A DNA stretch of 64,000 nt. It comes from Lama glama (Eukaryota). The DNA lies in contig CM052816.1 of assembly GCA_028534125.1 (NCBI GenBank), positions 39,558,001-39,622,000 of the forward strand, written 5' to 3'. Both the position numbers and the translations under genes were made by a program. Within the stretch, counting starts at the first letter, position 1. The number at the start of each line of letters is the position of its first letter. The notes under the pieces are model-generated. The model was not told the origin of the DNA. It searched no databases and worked only from the letters and a program-made list of their open reading frames with translations. Below, in pieces: positions 1-13,077 of the stretch.

Positions 1-122
1 GTAACTTATGGTGAAAAAGAATATGAAAATGAATATATGTATATTCATGTATGACTGAAGCATTATGTTGTATACCAGAAATCAACACGTTGTAAACTGA
101 CTGTACTTCAATTAAAAAAAAA
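1..122 (+). mobile_element. L1 3' end (runs off window start)
   Basis: 'gaaaaagaatatgaaaatgaatatatg...tgtaaactgactgtacttcaatt' followed by an A tail; matches the L1 3' UTR copies at 5.1, 7.1, 20.2 and 41 kb. Confidence 0.9.
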
Positions 123-3084
123 TATATATAAATCTTTTATGTTATTTGTATAATCAGACATTTTGATGACTTTGCTTCTAGAAAGCATGGTCCCAAGCTA
201 TCTTTCCGAATTTACTGTCAGGTAATCTTTGTATGAACTATTATACAAAGTCACTTTAACTGGAGGAATTAGGAGACAACTAGAACTATATTTTAGATAG
301 GGATTATCAACAACTAATGAAATGTATTTTTTCTTTTTTACCTAAAATTTGCCATTGAAATATTTTCAAACAATTTCTAACCTATATCTAGTTTTCCATT
401 GGAAGACATTTCATTTCAATTGAATGGCAGTGTTGACAAGATCTCTAAAACACATGTTCACACTGACTTTCACATCATTTCCAAATATTTTACATTGCAC
501 TCATATAATGCAGGACTAAGAATGCCCTTCTAGGAGTTTTGGATGTTGTGCCTTTTTTTGTAGGGCAACTGCAGATCATTGCATGTTACCATATTTCGTT
601 CATAATACTGTACCTGTGAGAACAGACATGGAATATAACATTTTGTAACAGAAGTGTCAATATGTTAAAAAGAGATGGGAAATTTTTTAGTATATTGATA
701 CATAAATTGCAAGGCACTTCGATCAGAGAAAGCAGTTTTGCTTACAGTTTCATAAATCTGGTTCTCTGCATTTTCAATTGTCTTTAGCATATGTAGCGCC
801 TAAAATTCTCATCTTTTGTGCTCCTTATGTGATTTCTCCCAAATTGACTCTGTCAATACAATTTTCAGGAGTATTTTTTATATGGTAAAAACTGCATTTC
901 CAGTTAAAATCAGCATCTACACTTAATTTTGTGAATAAAAGTTTAAATAGTTATGGAACTTGATAAAACTGCATCTATGATTCAAATGTAATATATAAAA
1001 TGCATTATATATACACACACACACACATAATATTGGGTAGAATTCTCAAAGTATACCAATAAAAATCAGAATAGCTTGAATTAAAAACCTTAAGTAAATG
1101 AAGGCTAATGGTGATCCAAAAATAAAGCTACATGTGTTGATTAACTGTAGGATTTGTTTAAAACAGAGATTTAATTGTATTAACATTAAAGGATGGAAAC
1201 TTCCAAACAGAGGGTGGCAGGACTGAATTTCAAATGTGTTCTTATTAATAAATGGTTATACTTCTTTTGGATTTTTTTCCAGAAGGTACATCAAAATATT
1301 CTGACAATAACTGGTGCTGGCGATATTACAGTGACACTTTAGTCACATTAACTAAATTATAATCATGTAACACAGCTTGTCTTCTCATTATCAGAACTAT
1401 CCTTTTCAAATTTTTAAGCACTTGAAAGTGATAAATGTTTCCCACTGCTTCAAAAAAATAAAACTGTTTTTCAGGTATAACACCATACCTGTGACAGAAT
1501 AATACGCCATCCATCTGGAAGGCAGAATGCTCATTTTGTATACTGTATATATTGACATAAATGATACCTTTTAAACTTACAACTTTTTGTGTGAAGTGAT
1601 ATATTTTTCTTTCCAGCATAACAAGTATAAACTGTTTATTATTTTAAAAAATTATTTGTTCCACTTCAATTTAACTTAAACATCGTAATACAAATAAAAG
1701 ATTGAGCACTGTAATAGCTAAAATGTTAGTAGGGAACAGCTTTCAGGAAAAGCTAATTAGAAATAATCATTTCTCTAATTGTGTATGTGTAATAATTATT
1801 TTCAAAAATTGGCAATTTTTTCCTCTTTTTTCTCTCCCACTTCCCATAAAAACAGAATGGTAATCCAGTGTCTTTATGAGTGATCCCAAGTAGAAAACAT
1901 AAGTGGCAAAACTGACATCAGAAAACAGCTATCATAAAGTAGTTGGCATAAAGACAAATTTTCAAAATTAAATATTTATATGTCTTGGGCCTCTAGTTGA
2001 GAACTCATTTAGTATCAAGACAGCAGGTAACAATATTTTTGTAGATTCTCAGTTCTATATAAAATATTTTTTCACTTTCACAATTTTAGTTCTGAGACCT
2101 TTTATGACAATCCACATCATTTTTTAAAATCAAGGAACAACTAACACTGTCATACGACTTTGGCATTTTCATGTTGATAAAATTGACATTGATATTGCAA
2201 CTTTTAGTTTCTATTCAGAGACACAGATACACTTTTCCACAGAAAAAGCATGTTGAATAATATTCTAAATATATTAGGACTTTCAAAAAGACTATCCTAT
2301 TTTACTCCCCTTATGCTAAAAGGTGTCATATTGAAGTCACAAAGTATGCACACTTTAGTGAAAGAATAAGAACCATACAACACTGAATAAAGCTGAAAAA
2401 AACTGGCTGACATACAATGACTAATTTGATAAGTGAGGTGATCAGGTGTCTTGATTTGATAAGAAGAGTTTCAGTTCTTCTTTGGCAGTTTTGTGTGCTG
2501 TAGTCTCTGGTGGGAAAAATGGGCAAGGAAGAGATATGTAAAGTTTGAAGGCAAATTTCTGTGGTGCACTGGAATATGGCTTTGTGATTTAACTCTTCCT
2601 TATAAAGATTGTGATGGTATTTCAAAGTACGTCTGAGGCTTATAGATAGGAACCTTGGAATTAATAGATCATTCCTCCAGCAGCCCTTTCAGAAAGCCAA
2701 CATACACAAGACTATGAAACGTGGACAAAATTGTGTAGTGGCACATGAGACACCAAGCACTGATCTCACCATCCTTGATTAACTTGTCAAAAAGACTACT
2801 TTTTCATGAGTAAGTTTATGGACCAAATGTGGACATATGTTGAAAAAGTAAGTTGTACATAGATGAAAAGTATGGTAAGCAGAAGCCACAACCACCAGAT
2901 GATCAATTGTAGTGGTGTCCAGAAAGATGAATGTTTAAACACCTTATTCCATCACAACACACTGTCCCAGCCTGCCCAGTGGGCCAGTAGACTTGACAGG
3001 ATTCTGAAAGACCTGATGCTAGGTCTCTCGACCAACAACTAACCAAGCTTCAGAACATGAACCACCCGGAACTTTCTGATGAGG

Positions 3085-3225
3085 TTAAGTCAGGTATTAT
3101 CATCATCTCCTCTTTACAGACGGAAAAACTCAAGTTCAAGGAGATTAAACATCTTAGGCTAAATTATTACACAATAGTAGCAGAACTAAAACCCAAACAC
3201 AGGATTTATAGTTTCAGTCCTTATT
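3085..3225 (-). mobile_element. MIR SINE relic
   Basis: 'attatcatcatctcctctttacagacggaaaaactcaagttcaaggagattaa' resembles the antisense MIR core (attttacagatgaggaaactgaggc). Confidence 0.65.
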
Positions 3226-4019
3226 CTCTTTTCATGATTCTTCCACTTATTACCCAACTGAGAAAGTTTGATTTTCCTTTCATAGATACTATCAAAAATT
3301 ATAACCACCAAAACTGGGATGTAAGAATATTTCAATTATTCAAATATTTTACTTCCTAGGGTTTTACATCGATTTTTAGTGATAACAGTAACTGAAAAGA
3401 TACCCACTTAAAATAATTTTCCATTTTCAACACAGGTATACTTAACCACCTGTGAAAGCCTTTGGGTAACCTAGTGCAGTAGAATAGTTTGTGATACTAT
3501 GGCCTATTTGAAGCAATTTATTTTGCTAATGTAGTCAAAGGTTTCTTCGCTATTATCAGTTTGGTATTTCCTCGTGGGTAAAATAGATGAAGAATATTTA
3601 CGGGGAATGACATGGTCAAAGAAACAAAAGTTGAAAGACTCAGATATCACATTTAGCAGGAGGGGAAAAAAAGACCTGAAAAACAACATAGTAAAAATTC
3701 GATTGGCAGTTGAAGCTAAGGGAAAAGTGAGGTTAAGAGGAAATTGGCACATGTAACTCCATGTTTTTTGTTTCGTTATTAACTATCATGAATCACAAAG
3801 ATCTTCTGTCGAAACAGCTATCTAGGGCATTCAAACTGTTAGCTAGCTGACTGTTCAGGGCAAAAATGTTAAATAAAGACATTGTTCATATACGTGCCCT
3901 TTACCTAAGTCACCCCCTTCTCAAAATCTACAAAAATTTATGGTATGTACCAAGCTTCAACAAGGGAAGTTGTCAATATGCATACCAGGAATAAATGTTT
4001 GTGTTTGTGGCTGGTGGAG

Positions 4020-4440
4020 GAGTTAATTACATAGATGTGACCACCAGTTGACCCAGGAGCTGGATCCAGGCAATTGAGGCTCTTCTCTCTCTCCCTGTCC
4101 TTGGAATGTGAGTTTTGCCTGCCTTCCCCACTCCCAGAGGCAGCTCCCAGGACATAGCCTTGAACCCAAACGTGGCACTGAGGCTATCCAGACTGGGTAT
4201 GTGACTAAACCCAATTAAGGCCTCTACATAAACTTTTAAGATTCTGGCCAGCATGTGCAGATAGAGATATACTCATCTTGCAGCTACCCAAGACAAGCTT
4301 CATTATTAACTTCCCTTTCCTATTAAACCAGCCACCTACCAATTTGGAGCTCTCTGCCTTTTTCTTTAGTCTCTCCCTGCCCTCTGGGGGCTGGTTTCAG
4401 ATTACACCTGGGAAGCTCCCAAAGAGATTCTGACTCACAG
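4020..4440 (+). mobile_element. ERV-type LTR, diverged
   Basis: LTR-like layout: TATA-like 'tacataaa' ~4225, polyA signal ATTAAA 4322-4327, pyrimidine-rich U5; resembles recalled laurasiatherian ERV LTRs. Confidence 0.6.
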
Positions 4441-5103
4441 TGGTATAGGGTAATAGATGTGAAGGTGGTTGGGGTGCCCCGGATCACCCAGCCTTGTAAA
4501 TATGTGGACACATGTCGGAAAATGATAATGTTGATTCCAGAGAGTAATCAGATGAAAACTGTTTCAATTTTGGCTACTCCTTCACTGCAGGGCATGAGTG
4601 AGGGTGCACAGGAAGGTGGGCTTTTACATCCAGAGGAGAATCAGGTGGTACAAAGGAGGACTTGTGTTCTTAGCCTTTCCCAAAGACCAAGGATAGACAC
4701 ATGCTCATGAAGATGTTTCTATCTGTTTGATTTTTTTTTACTAAATTTTCTAGCTGTCCCACAGTCTCTTAAAAGAATATGCTTGTCCAGCTCAACATTG
4801 TATGTATATTATTAACTCAAAAGGAACTATATGTATACAAAATAAATAGTTCTGAAATTGAAACTATTCTCTTTCTGAAGCATTTTAAAAAATATATCCT
4901 TTTTACATTAGGCAGAAATATGCAATTACGTATTGTAAATTGTACAATTTAGTGGTTTCCTGTTTATCAAATTTCTAACTGTATGCATCACTTAAAAATC
5001 AAGTACAAAGGCTCATCAGTGAACTAGTTTGAATGAAGTATTTTCTCAAAGAGTACACTATCAACTTTCAATTTATAAAACGTATTAAAAACTGAAAAGA
5101 ATG

Positions 5104-5550
5104 ACTCAGCCATAAAAAAGAATGAAATGATGCCATATGCAGCAACATGGATGGATCTAGAGATCATCATACTAAGTGAAGTAAATCAGACAGAGAAAGG
5201 CAAATACCATATGATGTCGTTTATATGTGGAATCTAAAAGAAATAATACAAATGAACTTATTTACAAAGCAGAAAGAGACTCACAGACATAGAAAACAAA
5301 CTCATGGTTATCAAAGAGGGAGGAGAAAGACAAATTGAGTTTGGGATTAGCAGATACAAATTACTATATATAAAATAGATAAACAACAAGATCCTACTTT
5401 ACAGCACAGAGAACTACATGCAGTATCTTGTAATAACCTATAATGAAAAAGAATATAAAAAATATATACATATATGTGTATATAGTGAATCACTATGCTA
5501 TATACCAGAAACTAACATTGTAAATCAACTATACTTCAATTTTAAAAAAA
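5104..5550 (+). mobile_element. 5'-truncated L1 (ORF2 end and 3' UTR)
   Basis: 'actcagccataaaaaagaatgaaat...gcagcaacatggatggatctagag...actatacttcaattttaaaaaaa'. Confidence 0.92.
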
Positions 5551-6979
5551 CCCTAGAATGCACAGATACATAGAAAAATTGTTTTGCAATTGTCTAAAAT
5601 GGACATTAGAAATAGACAGATGAGGGAAATCCAACATACAGTAACCAAGAACAAAGAACCAAGCCAGGCTGGGAAGAGTGGCAGAACCCAAGGATAACAG
5701 AGCAGAAAAACAAAACATCCCACTTACACTAGATTTGGAAGAACAGCTGTGAGATTGAACCTGAAGTGGGTAAACTGCTGAAATCCAAACACACACAGAC
5801 ATGTATAGTCTTAGTAGCACGTGAATTGAAGCTCCTAAATGTGTTAAGATTGTCCACACAAAAAACACTATGGAGGAATTAAGAGAAGTTTCAGAGAAGG
5901 GAAGATAAACTGACTGGTCAGAGGGAGAGTCTCCTCCTGTTTTTTCATTCATTATGTACTCATTCAATAACTATTTTTAAGTCTACAAATTTAGGCAACT
6001 GGCAATGAGCTGAATATATACGATAAATAATGTATGTCACTGCTTTCAAAGAACTTGTTGATCTATAAAAGAGTACAATCTTTAAAAATGTAGTGATGTA
6101 TGTGCTGGGAATGGAGAGATAGTAAGGACACACTGTAAGGATATTCTGAACAACTGACAAGAAAGAACAGAACAGACAGGATTATAGACACTTGTACTTG
6201 TATCTTTTTTAAATTATGGAAGGATTCCCACCATCTAGTTAATTAACACATCCATCATCTCACATATTTATCTCTTCATAGATACTTAGATGTCCCTATA
6301 TACTTAGATCTGATTTTCTGAACAACTGGGCTAGGTGTGAATCAATCCAGTGTCAGGTACTTCCAGAAATCCTAAAATCCTAAAATAAAATACTTGCTCT
6401 TTAGTTGTTCAATTATTTGCAACTGAGAAAGATTTAGTCAAAATATAGCCCTTTTCTTCAACTACATAAAAAAACTGGACATTGTGAACTAATCCAATTG
6501 CTCACAGATATTAATTTGAGAGAAGGAAACTTTTGCTATTTTGAGACCTAGACATATAAAAATTCAGTCCAGTTTCCATGTGACGGTCTGGGACATAATA
6601 TTAGGAGAAAGCCTGTGAGAAGAAAAATTTATCTGTGGCAGATGTTTCTAATCTTAGGGGAAAAAACTTACTATGATTTGTGCAGAGCCATTCTTAAGTT
6701 TTATTTTAATACTTTGTGCTCAAAATATGCATTGTTTATGATGCTCCCTTTGACTCAAACTTTGAGAGAGACTTACTGAAGGGGAAGAAGGAAACTCAAT
6801 ATATAAATGATGTAAATGGCTAGTTAACGTAGCTATTTTCTGTGATCACCTGGGTAGTGGTATTTAGCATGACTATGAAACATGTAAGTACTCCTGTAAG
6901 CTTTCCAAATTGAAGTTATTGGAAAAAAGTTATTATTGAAAGTAATTTGCTTCACAAATATAGTTTGAGATTATCAGAT

Positions 6980-7085
6980 GTATTGTCTTTTCATTTTGCT
7001 TACGGCATCCTTCGCTGTGCAAAAGCTTATAAGTTTAATTAGGTCCCTTTTGTTTATTTTTGCTTTTATTTCTATTGCCTTGGTA
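6980..7085 (-). mobile_element. Inverted L1 ORF2 fragment (5' inversion of adjacent L1)
   Basis: 'gctgtgcaaaagcttataagtttaattaggtccc' is the antisense of the ORF2 '..DLIKL.SFCTAK' segment. Confidence 0.85.
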
Positions 7086-7093
7086 AAGTGAGC

Positions 7094-7712
7094 TAGATAC
7101 ATGCACCCCAACGTTCACAGCAGCACTATTTACAACAGCCAAGACATAGAAGCAACCTAAGTGTCCATCAACAGATGACTGGAAAAAGAAGATGTGATAT
7201 ATACATATGTATCTATATATATCACATATATATAAAAGATATAAGTATCTATATCTGTATATATACAATAGAATACTACTCAGCCATAAAAAAGAATGAA
7301 ATAATGCCATTTGCAGCAATATAGATGGACCTGGAGAGTATCATACTAAGTGAAGTAAGTCAGATGCAGAAAGACAAATATCATACTATATCACTTATAT
7401 GTGGAATCTAAAAAAAATGGTAGAAATGAACTTATTACAAAACAGAAACAGGATCACAGACATAAAAAACAAATTTATGGTAACCAGGGGGGCTGAAGGG
7501 GATAGGGATAAATTAGGAGTGTGGGATTTACAGATACTAACTACTATGTATAAAATAGATAAACAAAGTCCTACTGTTTAGCACAGGGAACTATATTAAA
7601 TACCTTGTAATAACCTATAATGATAATATGAAAAAGTGTACATGTATAAGTGAATATGCTATACACCAGAAACTAACACAACGTTGTAAATCAACTATAC
7701 TTCAATAAAAAT
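7094..7712 (+). mobile_element. 5'-truncated L1 (ORF2 C-terminus and 3' UTR) with an internal AT-rich microsatellite at ~7197-7265
   Basis: DTCTPTFTAALFTTAKT-like start; ends 'actatacttcaataaaaa'. Confidence 0.92.
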
Positions 7713-10700
7713 GTAATTTCTTATATATTAAAAATAAAATCAATGCATTATAATATATATTCTATAAATAATAAATCATTTTTATTAAATTTAGGTCATA
7801 TTTTAAAATGAAGTTACATAAATGAAAAATGAAATTTCAGATTGGTTTTACACTTAAATTTTCACTTACTATACTTCTAAATCTTTGTGTTTTTTTATTA
7901 AATAGCCTCTGTATGTATTTAATTAAAATTTTCTCAACTGAAACAGTATTTACATTACTAAATACAGATAATACATGCTGACAAACCAAATACGTACTTG
8001 CATAGTTCTAAAACAGAAAAATGGCTAAGTAACAATTATTTCAGATTGCTTTATGTATGTCATAAAATTCTTTGAAATTTTCATTGTACACATTTCATCA
8101 TTCTCTTTGTCTCTTTCATAAAGACTATAGCAACTTTCTAAACCAACCAACCAACCAACAAAAAAATCAAAACCAAAACAAACAAACAATAAAACCTCTT
8201 TGCCCATCAAGAGTTTTTCCCAATATATTCCGGAAGTAGAAATGAATGTTTCCATCTATTAGGCAGAATTACCTCAAGACAGTGTTTTCAAGTAACTATG
8301 AGATTGCTTTTTTCTTCCCAGCACTTTTAAATCATTCTCTTGTTTACTTTGTTTTTCATTTTTTTTTAAATCTTTCTTGTTTTCATTGCAACAATATCTT
8401 AGTTCAGATGAGATACCTAGTTGACATCCCTCTTTCTTTTCCTCTCAACTGACTAGTTTTAACTAAAATTATCACTCTTCTTCTCTTTCTTTCCAAATCA
8501 TGTTCCCTTCCTTCAAGTTTTGTACAAGATTCCTTTCAATGTCCACATGTTAATATTTAATAAAGGTTTAGGAAAGAAAGGAAAAAAGGAAGTTACGGGA
8601 AAAGCACTGAAATAGGAATTACTCAGCTAGACATTAAAAAGGACCTGAATGTCATTATTTTCACGCCTTTGTTAAATCCCTCAAGTACGCACTGCTATTA
8701 CAAGGGTCTCAGCTGCGGGCAACCAAAAGGACACTCATGAAGACTCATGAACTCTTTCAGAGACCGCGCCATGTCATACGCTAAAGCACTGTATTAATAT
8801 TATAACTAATTAATGGATTTAATCAAACCAGACATAAGGTGCCTCAAGCACTGGTGTACAAAATTCCAAAGAGCAATCACAGCATCAACTGCACTGGCTC
8901 CTTCTGAAAGGAAAAAGCTGCTTCTTGCCTTCATGTATCTAATTTCCATCCCAACCCCCAGGAAGCAGGTTATTTTCTTTTAAATTCATCTGAGTATCTC
9001 TTTAGGTCCCAAGACAAGAGTCATATGGTGAGTTTCTGAACAATTTCACAAGGCACTCTTGCCAGCAGGATTTTATTTTCTTCTTCTTTCCCCAAGATAC
9101 ACAGGAGGTACCAACTTCCCCCGTACCACAACTTCCTTCTGCCTGACCCGGCAAGGCGCCTTGACTAGACACTAGGGAATTTTTGTTTGTTTGTTGCAGC
9201 CAAACATTCCAACCTGGAAAAGCAAAGCAGGCAGAAAGTAGAGATGTATCCCTTTAGTATCAAGGAGAGCACATGACTGGCTCCCTTCCAGACTCTCAAA
9301 CAGAACTCGGGCCATCTCCGTTTATATCAAGCTCCCCACTTACTGTGTAAACATTCTCCATTATGATCCTTTAATCTGTGAATGATTCAACAGAATGGTA
9401 CCTGGTATATCGCCATTATTTTTTTTTTTATTCTTTGGGATAGCCTGATTAATCTTTTCACAAGATTCATTTCATATTTTTCTTACATGTGAAAGCCACC
9501 AAGGACCCAGCAACATATTAAGTTACGTAGATAGATGATGCCTATTATAATATACAGTAGATTTATTTTTTATTAATCCTGCATCTTAATATGTACTTAT
9601 AGCTTCGCGTATTACCACAGCTCATAGAAATGCAAAAGCATTCAGGTAAGTGTTTCTGAACCTAATGTGCAATTGTGTGATCATTTATGAATATTTGTTT
9701 AACTCCTCAATCATCCTTCCAAGTAAATGCCACACTGAACATTCAGTATCTTTGAACGTGAAACGTCTCACACAAAGAATCACTTCCATTTAGCCATAAT
9801 TTTGCAATAACTGTGAGATTTTTTAATATAGCATTAGAGTATGAGTTTGAACATATCACCTTTGGGATGTTCTGTTATGAGCCAGAGGGTGCTATTACAC
9901 GGGTGCCGGACTCCGTGGCTCCAAGCATTACAGTCTCACTACAAATAAAGAGTAAAACTGAGATGCTTGCCACATTCGTATTTCAGTAAGACTATAAATC
10001 TCAGTGGCATTAAATTTGGCCTGAAAGTTTAAAGACCAAAGGAGAAAAATATTCCAAGGTTAAGAATGACATGCTTCAACCAGCAAGATGAACCAAATTC
10101 ATGTGAAATATACAGCAGGATTTTACATTTTGTCCTTTCCTTCTTCGCATTTTCCTTACAGACTTCCAGGAATTAATTCAGTAGCCCAATTTTTGTATGG
10201 CCCAAGTTTTGTATTAGAGTGATGGGGTGACCTTCAGAAAAGGCTTCAGATTAGACACGATTTTTTATTATACACTTCAGGCTTTATTTAAAGAAACATT
10301 TCATAATTCTCATAGGAATACAACCTGACATGATTCATTTAAAATGGCTGGCATATGTGTCAGCACAGCTGACAGCAGAGAATAAATAGCAGCGCACTCC
10401 TGAATCGGCTCATTAATTCTCTTGGTAAATATGGCAGACACTTTGAAAATAAGAGGTAAAAATAGAGCCCTAAAATGCTTACTCATGTAAATTCAAGATA
10501 CCTGCATTAGGCAAGCTGAATGAGAGAGGAGTATAGGTTAACTGGAACCCTCTCCCAAAAGAACATCTGGACCATATGGTCTGTTGACATCCTATCTTAT
10601 AAATTAAATGGAGTTTATCCCAGTGTCCAGAACCTAAAGCAGAGGAAAGATCAAACCATGTACCTGGGCCAATACATTTTGTGACCAGACGTGAAAGCAT

Positions 10701-11979
10701 GAAAAATTTACCAAAGAGTGACTACCACTCAGTGTGGCCTTTAGGGACACAGGTTAGTCCATCTTTCTTTCCAATAAACCAGTATTACCACACTACCTGC
10801 ATTCATTTTCTGTGACAAAAGGAGAAAAATATTGACATCTAATTTTTAATTCCTTATCCCTTTTGGCTGCCATAGACATTATCTAGTATTCATTATTTCA
10901 ACCTTGGCTTTCACATGTCTCCCAGCTGAGTTTGGGTTTAATTCCTAAGTAAAACCTACCTGGGATCATCTGAAGTATCCAGCATATGTTTTCAGGGCTT
11001 GATGTGTTACACTGTTCGCTTGTCCCAGACGTTTTCATTTTCATCTTCCCTGCAAACTATGATATAGTCTCTCCCACTGGCAAAACACCAATGAAGGAAG
11101 GGATATGACTGCTGCCTTCCTCACGCCCCTCAGTCTAATTGGACTTGACAAGCTTCAGCCAGAGAAATTTGAGGCACAGTAACACCACGTCTGAGCAAAA
11201 GTTTTAGAAGACACTGGGAATTTCTGCCAAATGTTTTATGTTCCAAGCGAGGCCTGCTCTTTCATCCAAGAACATGGAATACAGAGAAACAGGGAACAGA
11301 ACCACAGCAGCTGAGCCACAGTCAACGACAAGTAATATAAGAAAAATAAAACATGTTGTAAGCTACTGAGACTTTGAGTTTGTTACTAATGAAGCTAATA
11401 AAATTCATACACTCATTTAAGAAATGCTGATTAAAAGAAAAAGTTTCAGCAACTGAATTATAATGGTGAAGCTGAATCATCTGAGCTGAAGTATCAATGA
11501 AGAGTGGGGAAAATATTACTTAAAATAGAAATGTGATAGGATGTATCTACAAATTCATATTAAAACAAACTAGGAAGATATTACTAGCAATTTAAACTGC
11601 TAAAGAACATAAAAGATATTTTCTTTGCCTTTTGGTTATGATAACTCGGGATGAAGTTACAAATCTTCTGGTCATTTAACGGTCAGTTCTGAGTGTTCAT
11701 GAGAGCTCTCTGCCCCCACGACAGTCCTCTCAAGCTGAGACTGTTTTTCGTCTTTGAAGTCATCTGGACATGGCAAGATGATGAGACAGACAGTCTATTT
11801 TACTTCCTACTGTGGACCCCAAAAAACATTCCCCCTGCCTTCTTCTTTCAAGAGACTGGCTCCTCTGAAATCAGTGTTACCCACGGTGTCTCCCTCTGCT
11901 TCTCCTGACACTGTTCCAGCATTGGTCGGTGCATTCACTTCCAGTGGCTGAAGGACTGCTCAGTGCAGCTTACCTCTTC

Positions 11980-13077
11980 ACAGGTCCACTACACTCCTCC
12001 TCTCTTCACTCACAGTGACTTCAAATACTCACATTGAGGACCCACTGAAAACTCTGGTCTCTCTGCTTCTAGACTTTGTCAGCTCTAACAAATGTTTTCC
12101 CCCCATTCCTTAAGGCCTATTTCCATCGACGCACCCTGCATCTTGCACTTCTGAAGTCTCTGAAATCTCAATTTCAAATATGCCATTCTCTGCCATAGCC
12201 TATATTTTCAGCTCACTTTTTTCTAGTACTCACATTATAACGATTCTCTGTATCATTTAAGTTTTTATTTAATTGAGCTTTTGACTCTTCTCTATCATGA
12301 CTCTTCTGTTTCTTCAATTTTTACTCCTCCTTACCCAACTTTGACCATCATTTATTAATTATTATAAACAGGACATGCAAATGAACTTTAACATTTGTTC
12401 ACTTTCCCTGTCATGTTGCCTGGTAAAAATCTCAGCCTCTAGAGTCTTGAATCACATATATATGCATATATGTACATACATATACTTTTTCCTCTGTGCC
12501 TAAAACTGAAGGTAGAATATGATATGAAAGACATCTCTTTCAATACAGCCCCTCAAACTAACAGAAATAGTATTTTTAATGACCTGATTTTCCAGATTTT
12601 GCTAGAACCATAGGTGTTTATTTTTCAAATATCCCTAAACCTCTCACTGCCATCCAATTCACTTCACTAGCCATAATGATCTCTTTTATGCTCATGTTCA
12701 GTGATTTTAGCCAAGCCATTTTATACTTTCTAGCCTTAAATTTGCTGTTTCACCACTCACTTGTAATGGTAGTTCCTTCTTATTCTTTAGGAATTAAATC
12801 AGCATCATTGTCTCAGAGAGACCTTCTCTGGCTACTCTATCTGAAGGTGATTCCCTGTAACACACCCATCCTTACATATTTTCTTTCCTGTGCTTACTAA
12901 AATAATTATCTCAAGTATTTTAATCTGTATCGCTATCTTCAATTTAGACAGTAAGAAATGAAGGGAATGTGTTTTGTTCTGTGCTTTATCCCCAGACCCT
13001 GATATTCCTGCTTATAGGAGGCATGCAATTAATATTTGTTGCATGAGTGAAAGAATGAGTAAACGGATGAATGATAC
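11980..13077 (+). mobile_element. L2 LINE relic
   Basis: Pyrimidine-rich L2-like body ending in the L2 3' tail 'aatatttgttgcatgagtgaaagaatgagtaaacggatgaatga'. Confidence 0.6.
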
